Source: Planctomycetota bacterium
GTDB taxonomy: Bacteria > Planctomycetota > SZUA-567 > JAKLDR01
Direction of reading: 5' to 3'
Assembly (NCBI GenBank): GCA_022703445.1
Contig: JAKLDR010000001.1
Location: 107,846-171,845 of the forward strand
DNA: 64,000 nt
Part shown: positions 31,901 through 43,693 of the stretch, in pieces
Numbering within the stretch: the first letter of the stretch is position 1
Layout of the letters: the number at the start of each line of letters is the position of its first letter
The notes under the pieces: model-generated
What the model was told of the DNA's origin: nothing
What the model saw: only the letters and a program-made list of their open reading frames with translations
The model's database searches: none
Program-made: the position numbers and the translations under genes

Positions 31901-31932
31901 CGGTGCCAACCCCCAAGGGAGGTTCTCGAGCC

Positions 31933-32166
31933 ATGAGACTGAGCACCCGCGAGGCCGCCGAGCGCATCGGGGTATCCCGCAATACCCTGCTGCGCTGGTT
32001 TCGGGAGGGCCGCGTCTCCGACGTGCGCCGCGACCGGAACGGCTGGCGCTTCTTCTCCCCCGAGGACATCGGCCGGATCAAGGCCTTCGCCGAGCGGCAG
32101 TCGCCCCCGCCCGAGCGCTCCTCGGCGGCCGCGGGGCAGGCCCCGGCCCAGCAGGTGGCGGTATGA
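31933..32166 (+). CDS. Small HTH DNA-binding protein (excisionase/MerR-type HTH).
   Basis: MRLSTREAAERIGVSRNTLLRWFREGRV..., AAGGGAGG RBS 10 nt upstream. The ORF-track GTG at 31903 is less likely. Confidence 0.6.
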   Translation: MRLSTREAAERIGVSRNTLLRWFREGRVSDVRRDRNGWRFFSPEDIGRIKAFAERQSPPPERSSAAAGQAPAQQVAV

Positions 32167-32846
32167 GCGGCTCGAGCTTTCTGCCGCGCCCCCGGTGGCC
32201 GCGGCTGCTGGTCTGCCTGGCGAGCGCCCTGCCGGCGCTGGGCTGCATCGGCTCTGACTCCCGCTACCGGCAGGTCCGTCCGGACACCGTTCCGAGCGAG
32301 CAGGGCAAGCGGATCCTGGCCAGCTACACCGCCGAGAGACGCCCCGAGCCGACCGTGCGCCGGCCGGTCGTGACCACCCTGCCCGTCGATGCGCCGCCGG
32401 CCGTCAGCCTGCCCGGGAAGCCCGACCGTCCCTGGGACGGTCCGCCGCGGTCGCTGGGCAGAGACGAGGTCGCGCCGGCCCCGATCCCGGCGCCGCTGCC
32501 GGCTCCGACGCCCGTTCCGGCGCCGCCGAAGCCGCTGGACCCGCCGGTCGCCGGGCATCGTCCCCAGACCGGGCTGCTGCCGGGAGACACCATCGACGTG
32601 CAGGTCGAGCGCCACCCCGAGTTCAGCGGCCGCTGGCGGGTGCGGTCCGACGGCCTGCTGGATATCCCGGAGGGCGGAGCGTTCGTGGCCGATCTGCTGC
32701 CCGGCAGCGCCTTCGCCCGGCGGGTCGGGGCGGTCGACAGGCTCGATCCGGAGCAGGCCGGCAAGAGCATCGCCGGGGCGCTGCGGTCCTACCTGGTCAG
32801 CGATCCGGTCGTCAAAGTCACCCAGTTGACCAGGCGGGGGGACTGA
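32163..32846 (+). CDS. Polysaccharide export lipoprotein (Wza/KpsD/EpsE-like Poly_export domain).
   Basis: Lipobox LPALGC. Poly_export core LLPGDTIDVQVERHPEFSGRWRVRSDGLLDIPEGG. Pro-rich linker. Confidence 0.7.
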   Translation: MSGSSFLPRPRWPRLLVCLASALPALGCIGSDSRYRQVRPDTVPSEQGKRILASYTAERRPEPTVRRPVVTTLPVDAPPAVSLPGKPDRPWDGPPRSLGRDEVAPAPIPAPLPAPTPVPAPPKPLDPPVAGHRPQTGLLPGDTIDVQVERHPEFSGRWRVRSDGLLDIPEGGAFVADLLPGSAFARRVGAVDRLDPEQAGKSIAGALRSYLVSDPVVKVTQLTRRGD

Positions 32847-32849
32847 GCC

Positions 32850-34190
32850 ATGCCGGCCACGGGAGTCTTTCGCGCCGTCCGGCGCTCGCTGAAGAAGCGC
32901 GGCGTGGGCACCGGCCAGATCCTGTCCGCGGCGGCGCTGGTCTCGGGAATCCTGGCCGGGGCGCTGACCTGGACCGTCATCAAGGGCGCGGTCCTCGAGT
33001 ACCGCGCCGAGACCGGCCTGCGGTTCGGTCCGGCGGCCCGCGCCGAGGAGGCCGCGGCGGCCCTGTCCGACCGCGTCGGCAATGCGGAGTTCCAGTCCGC
33101 CTGGCGCCGCAGCGCCGAGGCGGGGGAAGGGCTCTCCGGCAGCGGCCGGCTCGAAGTCGACATCGTGGACGCCTCGGCCGGAGAGGCCCGCCTGGTCTGT
33201 CACGGCCGCCCGCGCATAGCCGCCATCCGCGCCCTGGCCTGGGCCCGCGACAGACTGACCGACCCCCGGACCTCGGGCATCGCCCCGCTGCAGCCCGAGG
33301 GCCACGCCAGGCGTCTGGGCGACGCCAGGAAGCGGCTGGCCGAGTACCAGGCGGCCCTGAAGGCGGCCAGGGACGCGGAAGCGGCTCTGCCCGCCGCCCG
33401 CAAGGACTGGCCGGGGCGCAAGGCCGCCGCGGACGCGGATCTCGCCAAGGCGCAGGTCGAGGTCGGGCTGCGCCGCGCGGAGATGGAGCGCGCCCGGACC
33501 GCGGTCGGTGAGGAGCGGCGCCTTGCGCTGCGCGGCGAGATCGACAAGCTGGCCGCCGTGGTTGGCAAGGCCGCCCCGCCGACTCCGGCCGAGGAGCTGA
33601 AGCTGGCTGGCGAGCGCAGCCGCCTGGAGCGGCTCATGACCGGCGCCGCACGCGAAGACTGCACCCCGGACCATCCCGTGGTGCGCCGGCTCGACGAGAT
33701 CGCCGCCCGGCTCAAACAGGCGGACCTCGCCCGGCAGCTGGCCGAGTGTGACGGCCGGCAGGAGCAGCTCAAGTTCGTGCAGTCCCAGCTGGAGGCCGCC
33801 CAGGCCAGGCGGGACGCGGCCGGCCGCGAGGCCGACAAGTTCGAGCAGGAGCGCAAGGCCGCCGACGCGGCCTCCAACGAAGCCGCGCGCATCGCCGTGG
33901 ACGTGAAGACCGCCGGGACGGAGGTCGACCGGCTCGCGGCCGTGCCGGCGATCCCGGTCACGGTCACGATGGCCGGGGGGATATCCGAGGATCTGGAGCG
34001 CTCCTGGCTGATCTGGCCGTGCCTGGGCGGCGGGCTGGCCGCCGGGCTGGTGCTCATGGTCCTGGTCCGGCGCTACCACTTCTTGCGCCACTCGCGGCTC
34101 GACAGCCGTTCGGGGCTCGCGCGCTGCCTGCACCTGCCGGTGCTCGGCGTGATCCCCGACCTGCCCGACCTGGCCGCCAAGCAGGAATAG
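32850..34190 (+). CDS. Polysaccharide chain-length determinant (Wzz/PCP, GumC/EpsF-like) with N- and C-terminal TM helices and a coiled-coil periplasmic region.
   Basis: TM1 ILSAAALVSGILAGALTWTVI, TM2 LIWPCLGGGLAAGLVLMVLV. Long Ala/Arg/Glu-rich coiled coil in between. Confidence 0.7.
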   Translation: MPATGVFRAVRRSLKKRGVGTGQILSAAALVSGILAGALTWTVIKGAVLEYRAETGLRFGPAARAEEAAAALSDRVGNAEFQSAWRRSAEAGEGLSGSGRLEVDIVDASAGEARLVCHGRPRIAAIRALAWARDRLTDPRTSGIAPLQPEGHARRLGDARKRLAEYQAALKAARDAEAALPAARKDWPGRKAAADADLAKAQVEVGLRRAEMERARTAVGEERRLALRGEIDKLAAVVGKAAPPTPAEELKLAGERSRLERLMTGAAREDCTPDHPVVRRLDEIAARLKQADLARQLAECDGRQEQLKFVQSQLEAAQARRDAAGREADKFEQERKAADAASNEAARIAVDVKTAGTEVDRLAAVPAIPVTVTMAGGISEDLERSWLIWPCLGGGLAAGLVLMVLVRRYHFLRHSRLDSRSGLARCLHLPVLGVIPDLPDLAAKQE

Positions 34191-34204
34191 GAGGCCACAG
34201 ACAA

Positions 34205-35476
34205 ATGCCAGGCCTGGGAGACGCCCTCAGCAAGGCGATGGACGATTCGCGCCGCGGGTTGGACGACCTGGTCCGCCGCGCCGCGCAGAACGAGACCGAG
34301 CAGGACGGAGCGGAGCCGCCCCCCGCTGCGGACCGGCCGGCCGCTGCCGGCCCGGTCAGCCCGGAGGAGCGCGAGTTCCTGGTGGTGCCGCTGGACGGGG
34401 CCCGACAGGCCGCGGCCCCGGAGGGGTCGGGAGGCCCGGATCCGGCCAAGACCGCACAACTGCCCCGGCCCGACCTGTTCGCCGAACTTGCGGACGACCC
34501 GGCGGGAGCGCCGCCGGAGCCGGCTCCCGACCCGGTCCCGGCCCGGGCTCCCGAGAGGCCGCGGGCTGCGGCCCCTGCCCCTGCTCCGGCGCCGGCGGCC
34601 GCCAGCCCGTCTCCCGCCAATACCCGGGAGAGTCGCGCTGCGGCTGGCCGGTCGGGTGGCCTGGAGCCGATCGCTCCGTTCGCGCCCAGCGGAGTCATCC
34701 GTCGCCAGCTGCGCGCGCCGGCTAAGGGTGCGGACAGGGGCGCGGTCCGAACTCCCGACGCGCTGCTGGTCAACCGGCCCGAGCGGCGCCCGCTCGCCGA
34801 GGAGATCACCGACTCGCGCCGCCTGCCATCGCTACCGGGCGCGGAGGCCTACCGCCACCCCGAACTGGTTCGCGGCGTCGGCGGCGTGGTTCAGGCCCTG
34901 CTCTCCGGGCGGGCCGGCACGCCGGCGGTGCTGGCGGTCTGCGGCGCCGGGGTCGGGGCGGGCTGCACCACGGTGGCCGCGGCCACGGCCATGGAACTGG
35001 CCGCGAAGTCCGGCATCCGCGTGCTGCTGGTCGACGCCGACCTCCGCGCGCCGGGGCTCGACGCGCTGGCTGGCGAGGGCGGCGGTCCGGGCTTCGCCGA
35101 CGTACTGGCCGGCGGGGCCAGCCTGCAGGACGCGCTGGTCTGCTCCGGAAGCGAAAGCCTGGCGGTGCTGCCCATGGGCGACAGCCGGGTGGCCGCCGAC
35201 GACCAGTCCGGCATGCTCCGGCTGCTGGAGGGCGCCGCGCCCGGCCGGCTGCTCGGGGCCTGCCGCGGGCTGTTCGATGCCGTCATCCTCGATGCCGGCG
35301 ACGGCGCCTGGCGGGGCACGGCCATGCTGGCCGGCGCGGCTGGCGCGGCGGTGCTGGTGGTCCGCTCCGGCCTGGGCAGCGCCAGCGAGGTGCGCCGAAC
35401 CGGACGGGATCTCGAGCACTTCGGGACCAGGCTGATCGGCACCGTCCTCAACCGCGTTCCGGGCCGGGAGAAGTGA
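34205..35476 (+). CDS. BY-kinase/ParA-MinD-fold protein (EpsG/CpsD-like) with a degenerate Walker A and no C-terminal Tyr cluster. Likely a non-kinase partner.
   Basis: GAGVGAGCTTVAAATAMELA stands in place of GEGKSTT (the Lys is missing). Walker A' VLLVDADLRAP is retained. Ends ...NRVPGREK with no YYY cluster. Disordered Pro/Ala-rich N-terminal half. Confidence 0.65.
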   Translation: MPGLGDALSKAMDDSRRGLDDLVRRAAQNETEQDGAEPPPAADRPAAAGPVSPEEREFLVVPLDGARQAAAPEGSGGPDPAKTAQLPRPDLFAELADDPAGAPPEPAPDPVPARAPERPRAAAPAPAPAPAAASPSPANTRESRAAAGRSGGLEPIAPFAPSGVIRRQLRAPAKGADRGAVRTPDALLVNRPERRPLAEEITDSRRLPSLPGAEAYRHPELVRGVGGVVQALLSGRAGTPAVLAVCGAGVGAGCTTVAAATAMELAAKSGIRVLLVDADLRAPGLDALAGEGGGPGFADVLAGGASLQDALVCSGSESLAVLPMGDSRVAADDQSGMLRLLEGAAPGRLLGACRGLFDAVILDAGDGAWRGTAMLAGAAGAAVLVVRSGLGSASEVRRTGRDLEHFGTRLIGTVLNRVPGREK

Positions 35477-35477
35477 A

Positions 35478-36323
35478 GTGTACCTGGACCACTGGAAGCT
35501 GCGCCTGAGGCCGTTCCGGGACGCCCCGGACACCCGCTTCTTCTTCCATTCCGGGACGCACGACGCGGCCCTGGCCGAGCTGCTCTATGCCGTTGACGAG
35601 CGCCTGGCGGTGGCGCTGCTGACCGGGCCGTTCGGCTCCGGCAAAACCCTGGTGCTGCGCGCGCTGCTCGGCGGCCTCTCCGGGGCGGGCGGCTACCGCA
35701 CGGCGGTACTGACCGGACGGCTGACCGATCCGGCCGAGACGGTTCTGGCCGCCGCCCGGGCCCTGGGCGTCGAGGACCTCGCCGACGGGGTCTCCGAGGA
35801 AAGGCTGCGGGGGCGGCTGGAGGAGCACCTCGGGGCGCTGGCCGCGGAATCGACGCGTCCGGTGCTGGTGATCGACGACGCCCAAGCCGTGGACTCCCCG
35901 GCGGTCTGGGAGGCGCTCAGGGGCATGCTGGCCATCCCCGGCGCCGACGGGCCCGCGCTCACGCTGATCCTGTCCGGCGGCCCCCAGCTGCTCGAGCGGG
36001 TTGCGGCCGTCCCGGGCTTCGGCGAGCGGGTGCGGGTGTGCACCACGCTGGTGCCCCTGTCCGACGAGGAGAGCCTCGACTACATCCTCCACCGGCTGGC
36101 CTGCGCCGGCTCGGCCAGCGGCATCTTCACCCGCCGGGCCGCGGAGGACATCGCCCGGCTCTCCGGCGGCCTGCCCTCCCGCATCAACCACCTGGCCGAC
36201 CTGGCCCTGGCCGCGGCCTTCGGGCTGGGGTTGAAGGCGGTCGGGCCCGAGGTCGTGGCCATGGCTGCCAAGGAGGCCACGGCGGTCTGGTCCGGAGCCG
36301 CCCGGGGGGCGCCGGCGGGCTGA
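35478..36323 (+). CDS. ExeA/GspA-like AAA ATPase (EPS/PEP-CTERM-locus-associated ATPase family).
   Basis: MYLDHWKLRLRPFRDAPDTRFFFHSGTHDAALAELLYAV...LLTGPFGSGKT (Walker A), Walker B VLVIDDAQ. GTG start one codon after the upstream stop. Confidence 0.8.
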   Translation: MYLDHWKLRLRPFRDAPDTRFFFHSGTHDAALAELLYAVDERLAVALLTGPFGSGKTLVLRALLGGLSGAGGYRTAVLTGRLTDPAETVLAAARALGVEDLADGVSEERLRGRLEEHLGALAAESTRPVLVIDDAQAVDSPAVWEALRGMLAIPGADGPALTLILSGGPQLLERVAAVPGFGERVRVCTTLVPLSDEESLDYILHRLACAGSASGIFTRRAAEDIARLSGGLPSRINHLADLALAAAFGLGLKAVGPEVVAMAAKEATAVWSGAARGAPAG

Positions 36324-36345
36324 GCGCCGCCGGAGGCAGCGAGCC

Positions 36346-37920
36346 ATGACCGCCCTCTTCCGCTCGGGCAAGCCGAAGGAGCCGGAGCCGCCCGATCCTC
36401 CCAAGGAGCGGGAGCTCACTCCCGAAGAGCAGCTTCTGGCCGAGAAGGCCCGGGCCGCCGCCGCCAAGCGTGAGGAGGAGCGGCGCGCGCAGACCAACGA
36501 CGTCTCCAACTTCCTGGACGACATTCTCGGGACCGTCGACGAGGAGGGCGAGGCTGGCGAGGCTGGCACGGCTGAGCCGGCCCCCGGGTCGGCGTCCGAG
36601 GACGCGCTGGAATCAGGGGCCTCCGGCCCTTCGGGGGCCCTCCCGGTCGAGCCGGAGCCGGAGCCGCCTGGGGCATCGGAGTCCCCGGAGCCGCCGGCCC
36701 CCTTCGCCTCCGGCGAGGGCGGCTCGGAGGTCCGTTCGGGGGCCGACTGGGTCGAGCCGGAGCAGACCTTCCGGGCTGGTGTCTACGACCCGCACTCTCC
36801 TGCCGCCGAGGCCGGCCGGCGCACGCTGTCCCTGCCCATGGCCGAGGCCTGGTCGCGGATCGTGGCCATGGGCATGCCCGGCGACCCGGGGGCTCGGCCG
36901 GCCTTCGAGCCCGAGCCGGCCGAGGGGTCCTTCGCCCGCACGCTCGAGTCCCTGGGCCGGCGGCGGCACCGCGGCGGTCCCGCGCTGGACTTCGAGCCGG
37001 AGGAATCCGTAGCCGGTCAGGAGCCGCAGTCCGCCCGCCGGACGATCATCCTGCCGGCCAGGCTGGCGCACCAGGACTATTCACTCGAGGACCTGCCCGA
37101 CCGGCCCCCCGAGGGCCTGTCCGTCGGGGACGAGGCGCTCGATCGCGGTTCCGATGCCGAGCCGCCGCTGCCGGAGGACCGCCTCGATGACACCGCCCTG
37201 AGCGAGGCACTGGCCGCCGCCGAGGTCGCTTCGCGCCGGGCCCCGGCGGCCGCCGAGGCGCCGCCGGCCGCTCCTCCGCCGGCGCAGCCCGTTCCCGCGC
37301 CCGCGCCAGAGCCCCAGAGGCAGTATTCGCTGGATGACCTGCCGCCAGCGCCGGCCGGTCCGGGCGGCCCGGCGGCCGATCCCTCCGGACGCACCGACCG
37401 CTCCGCCCAGGCCGACGGGGACCGGCTCGCCGAGGAGCAGCTCCCCGCCCTTCCCTCCAGCACGGCGCCGGCAGCGGCCGCGGCCGGGCCCGGGCCGGGC
37501 AATCTAGTCACCCTGGAGCGGGCCGTGGACCGCTCCGTTGAGCCGGGCCGGAGCGCTCAGCCGCCGTCTGCGGCGGATGGCGCGGTGCCCATGGCCGCCG
37601 CGGAGAACGCGGCCGACCTGTCCGTTCAGCAGCTCGCCGAGATGGAACGCTACATCGAGAACCAGGTGGATCCTTCGGATCCGACTAGGCAGATCAGCCG
37701 CAAGGCTCCGGAGCGTCCCGGCATGACGCTCGGAGATCTGCTGGCCTCCGCCCGCCGGGCGCTGGCCGGGCTGGCGGTCAAGACGCTCAAGACCGCCGAC
37801 CGGCTGCTGGCTCCGTACTGCCTAGACTGCAAGCGCCTGCTGGGGATCGTCGGCATCCTCCTGTGGGCCGGTCTGATAGCATTCATCATCAAGACCTGGT
37901 TCATGCCCGCGGGCGAGTAG
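36346..37920 (+). CDS. Acidic Pro/Ala/Glu-rich low-complexity protein with a single C-terminal TM helix (tail-anchored).
   Basis: 524 aa, mostly disordered. C-terminal LLGIVGILLWAGLIAFIIKTWF. Co-directional and 22 bp downstream of the ExeA-like ATPase. Confidence 0.5.
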   Translation: MTALFRSGKPKEPEPPDPPKERELTPEEQLLAEKARAAAAKREEERRAQTNDVSNFLDDILGTVDEEGEAGEAGTAEPAPGSASEDALESGASGPSGALPVEPEPEPPGASESPEPPAPFASGEGGSEVRSGADWVEPEQTFRAGVYDPHSPAAEAGRRTLSLPMAEAWSRIVAMGMPGDPGARPAFEPEPAEGSFARTLESLGRRRHRGGPALDFEPEESVAGQEPQSARRTIILPARLAHQDYSLEDLPDRPPEGLSVGDEALDRGSDAEPPLPEDRLDDTALSEALAAAEVASRRAPAAAEAPPAAPPPAQPVPAPAPEPQRQYSLDDLPPAPAGPGGPAADPSGRTDRSAQADGDRLAEEQLPALPSSTAPAAAAAGPGPGNLVTLERAVDRSVEPGRSAQPPSAADGAVPMAAAENAADLSVQQLAEMERYIENQVDPSDPTRQISRKAPERPGMTLGDLLASARRALAGLAVKTLKTADRLLAPYCLDCKRLLGIVGILLWAGLIAFIIKTWFMPAGE

Positions 37921-37964
37921 CGCGGTCCGCTCTCCGGAAGGCGCTCTCATCACGACCCTTGCGG

Positions 37965-37982
37965 GATTGCACATGTGCAATC
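37965..37982. promoter_or_regulatory. 18-bp perfect palindrome GATTGCACATGTGCAATC, a candidate operator upstream of glgC.
   Basis: Perfect dyad. A TTGCAG-N16-TATACT promoter-like pair lies at 38003-38030 and the glgC ATG at 38048. Confidence 0.55.
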
Positions 37983-38002
37983 GCAAAAGACGTGGATTTC
38001 CA

Positions 38003-38030
38003 TTGCAGCGCCGACTGCACCGGGTATACT
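38003..38030 (+). promoter_or_regulatory. Sigma-70-like promoter candidate for the glgC operon (TTGCAG-N16-TATACT).
   Basis: Hexamers at 38003-38008 and 38025-38030. RBS GGGGAGG before the ATG. Confidence 0.45.
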
Positions 38031-38047
38031 GAAGGGCCGGGGGGAGG

Positions 38048-39316
<1,269 letters not shown>

Positions 39317-39317
39317 A

Positions 39318-40277
39318 ATGGCCAGGAAGCCCAGGGGTCCGGAGGAATACACCCGCGAGGAGCTGATGCTCATGGCCGAGCGGGTGAACCTCAAGTACCG
39401 CAGCCGGAAGAGCAAGGAACAGCTTTACGAGGAGCTCGGCCTGGGTGCCAAGCCCGGGCGCTCCCGCCGGCCGTCCAGCCGCAAGATTCCGGCCTCGCCG
39501 CCCGCGCGGCGCCCTGCGCCCGCCCGCGAGTCCCGCGCCGTCCGCGCCGCCAACGCCCCCGTCGGTCTGCCCGAGGGCGCGCTGCCGGAGCTGACCTCGT
39601 CGTCTTCCGGCATCCCGCTGCCCTCGCTCTTCGCGCCGGCCGCCCAGCGGACCGGCCCGTACATCGACCGCGGCCCGGACCTGCCCGCCGGCTACGGCGA
39701 CGATGTCCTGGAGGCGCTGGTCCGCGACCCGCGGGCCATCTACGTCTACTGGGAGCTGGCCGGCGGCGCCCACGCCCGGGCCTGCGCGAACCGGAGCGAG
39801 GCGGAACTGGCCGGCGCGGTCTGGGTGCTGCGCGTCAGCCGCCTGGAGGATGACAACTTCTTCGACATCCCGGTCGACCCGGGCGTCGGCAACTGGTACC
39901 TGCACGTCGACCCGGACGGCTCCTACCAGGTGCGGATCGGCCTGGTGCTGGCCTCGGGCTCGTTCATCGAGCTGGCCGCCAGCCGGGTGGTGCGCACTCC
40001 GCCCGACTCGGTCAGCGAGCGCCAGGACGAGCAGTGGATGCTGGTCAGCGAGGAGTTCGACCGGCTGGTCGACTACACCGTCAGCCTGCACGGCCGCGCG
40101 CCGGGCTCGGCCCAGATGGGCGAGCTGCGCCGGCGACGCGAGGCCCTGCGCCGCAAGGTGGCCGAGTTCCCCTGGAACATCTCCAGCTGCATCAGCTCGG
40201 CGGCGGTCTCCAGTTGGATGACCTCGCCCAGGGGCGGCGGTCCGGGCGCCGGCGCGGCCGGCAAGCAGGGGCGGTAG
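39318..40277 (+). CDS. GH57-associated protein of unknown function (DUF4912-like) with a Rho_N-like N-terminal motif.
   Basis: EELMLMAERVNLKYRSRKSKEQLYEEL is Rho-N-like. Core ...PRAIYVYWELAGG...WVLRVSRLEDDNFFDIPVD...WYLHVDPDGSYQVRIGL. Wedged between glgC and the GH57 gene. The domain name is recalled from memory, not searched. Confidence 0.55.
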   Translation: MARKPRGPEEYTREELMLMAERVNLKYRSRKSKEQLYEELGLGAKPGRSRRPSSRKIPASPPARRPAPARESRAVRAANAPVGLPEGALPELTSSSSGIPLPSLFAPAAQRTGPYIDRGPDLPAGYGDDVLEALVRDPRAIYVYWELAGGAHARACANRSEAELAGAVWVLRVSRLEDDNFFDIPVDPGVGNWYLHVDPDGSYQVRIGLVLASGSFIELAASRVVRTPPDSVSERQDEQWMLVSEEFDRLVDYTVSLHGRAPGSAQMGELRRRREALRRKVAEFPWNISSCISSAAVSSWMTSPRGGGPGAGAAGKQGR

Positions 40278-40282
40278 CGCCC

Positions 40283-41860
40283 GTGCCTGCCGGATACTTC
40301 GCGCTGGTCCTGCACGCCCACCTGCCCTTCGTCCGCCACCCCGAGCACAAGGAGTTCCTGGAGGAGGGGTGGTTCTACGAGGCTCTGACCGAGACCTACC
40401 TGCCGCTGCTGCTGGCCTACGAGCGGATGGCCAACGACGGCGTCAGGTTCCGGATCACCATGAGCCTGACCCCGCCGCTGTGCGAGATGATGTGCGACCC
40501 GCTGCTGCAGGGCCGCTACATCCAGAACCTGGACAAGCTCGAGCACCTGGCCGAGCGCGAGGCCGCCGCCTGGAAGCCGGAGACGCCCATCGGCACCATG
40601 GCCCGGATGTACCTGGACAACTTCCGGGCCTGCCGCGCGCGCTTCGAGGCGGCCGGCCGGAACATCATCGGCGGCTTCCGCGCGCTCCAGGACGCCGGCT
40701 ATCTCGAGATCATCACCTGCGGAGCGACCCACGGGATGCTCCCGCTGATGCGCACCGAGGAGGCCATCCGCGCGCAGATCGAGGTGGCCAAGGCCAACTA
40801 CCGGAAGCACTTCGGGCGCGACCCGCGGGGCATCTGGCTGCCGGAGTGCGCCTACCGCCCGGGCATCGAGACCCACCTCAAGGCCGCCGGCATCCGCTTC
40901 TTCATCATGGACGCCCACGGCCTGCTCTTCGCCACCCCGCGCCCGAAGTACGGCGTCTTCCGGCCGGCCTACGCGCCGGGCGGAGTGGCCGCCTTCGCGC
41001 GCGACCTCGAGAGCGCCAAGCAGGTCTGGAGCCGCGAGGAGGGCTACCCCGGCGACTACGACTACCGGGAGTTCTACCGCGACCTCGGCCACGACGGCGA
41101 GCAGACCTACGTCGGGCCCTACCTGCCCTCGGGCATCCGCACGAACCTGGGCATCAAGTACCACCGCATCACCGGCCAGGTCCAGCTGCACGAGAAGGCC
41201 TTCTACGACCCGCGCGCGGCGCGCGAGAAGGCCGCCAGCCACGCCGGCAACTTCCTGTTCAACCGCCAGCACCAGCTCAGGTACCTGCGCGACCTGCTGG
41301 GCACCGAGCCGGTGATCACCAGCCCCTACGACGCCGAGCTCTTCGGCCACTGGTGGTACGAGGGGCCGCAGTTCCTGGAGTTCCTCTACCGCAAGATGCA
41401 CTTCGACCAGAAGGACATCGAGTCGACCACCCCGGCCGAGTTCCTGGACCGCTTCCAGACCCACCAGACCCTGCAGCCGGCGGCCTCCACCTGGGGCGAC
41501 AAGGGCTACTTCGAGGTCTGGCTCAACGGCACCAACGACTGGATCTACCGCCACCTGCACAAGGCCGAGGAGCGCATGGTCGAGCTGGCCCGCACCCGCC
41601 CGGCGAGTTCCGGCTGGGAGGAGCGGGCCCTGAAGCAGGCGGCGCGCGAGCTGCTGCTCGCCCAGAGCTCCGACTGGGCCTTCATCATGACCACCGGCAC
41701 GATGGCCGCCTACGCCGAGCGCCGCACCCGCGACCACGTGGCCCGCTTCACCCGGCTCTACGAGGAGATCAAGGCCGGGCGGATCGACCAGGGCTGGCTG
41801 GCCGACATCGAGGGCAAGGACACCATCTTCCAGGAGATCGACTACCGGGTCTACCGGTAG
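40283..41860 (+). CDS. GH57-family 1,4-alpha-glucan branching enzyme.
   Basis: GTG start. VPAGYFALVLHAHLPFVRHPEHKEFLEEGWFYEALTETYLPLL is the GH57 N-terminus. ...ITCGATHGMLPL..., 525 aa. Confidence 0.85.
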   Translation: MPAGYFALVLHAHLPFVRHPEHKEFLEEGWFYEALTETYLPLLLAYERMANDGVRFRITMSLTPPLCEMMCDPLLQGRYIQNLDKLEHLAEREAAAWKPETPIGTMARMYLDNFRACRARFEAAGRNIIGGFRALQDAGYLEIITCGATHGMLPLMRTEEAIRAQIEVAKANYRKHFGRDPRGIWLPECAYRPGIETHLKAAGIRFFIMDAHGLLFATPRPKYGVFRPAYAPGGVAAFARDLESAKQVWSREEGYPGDYDYREFYRDLGHDGEQTYVGPYLPSGIRTNLGIKYHRITGQVQLHEKAFYDPRAAREKAASHAGNFLFNRQHQLRYLRDLLGTEPVITSPYDAELFGHWWYEGPQFLEFLYRKMHFDQKDIESTTPAEFLDRFQTHQTLQPAASTWGDKGYFEVWLNGTNDWIYRHLHKAEERMVELARTRPASSGWEERALKQAARELLLAQSSDWAFIMTTGTMAAYAERRTRDHVARFTRLYEEIKAGRIDQGWLADIEGKDTIFQEIDYRVYR

Positions 41861-41896
41861 GGGCGGGACGGGGCCGGCGCGACCGGATCACGAATC

Positions 41897-43231
<1,335 letters not shown>

Positions 43232-43273
43232 GGCGCGCTCTCAGTCCCTTGTTAGATGAAGAGGGGCAGCGGC

Positions 43274-43654
43274 ATGGAACTGATCCTGGTCGTCATTGGG
43301 TTTATAGTCCTGGTCGTCGTGATCCGGCTGTTGGCCGGCTCGCTCGACGGCGGACGCATCGAGAGTTACGTGAAGGAGAACGGCTGGGAGCTCATTGACC
43401 GCAGCTGGGATCCTCTCGGGCCGGGCTGGTTCGGCGAGAAGGACTCGCGCATCTACCAAGTGGTATACAAGGACCGCCAGGGCAACGTGCACCGGGCGCA
43501 TGTAAAGACCTCGATGCTCAGCGGCGTGTACTTCACCAACGACGAGATTGTGCAGAGGGCTCCAGCTCCGGAAGGCGGGCGCGGGGAGTCATTGGCCGAG
43601 GAGAACGCCCGGCTCAAGGCCCGCATCAAGGAACTCGAGGATGGCCGGGGCTGA
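43274..43654 (+). CDS. Small N-terminally anchored membrane protein.
   Basis: MELILVVIGFIVLVVVIRLLAG TM helix, then a soluble domain and a coiled-coil tail. Confidence 0.45.
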   Translation: MELILVVIGFIVLVVVIRLLAGSLDGGRIESYVKENGWELIDRSWDPLGPGWFGEKDSRIYQVVYKDRQGNVHRAHVKTSMLSGVYFTNDEIVQRAPAPEGGRGESLAEENARLKARIKELEDGRG

Positions 43655-43693
43655 CCCGGGACCGCGCAAAACCAGGACGGAGAAGGTCGCCCC

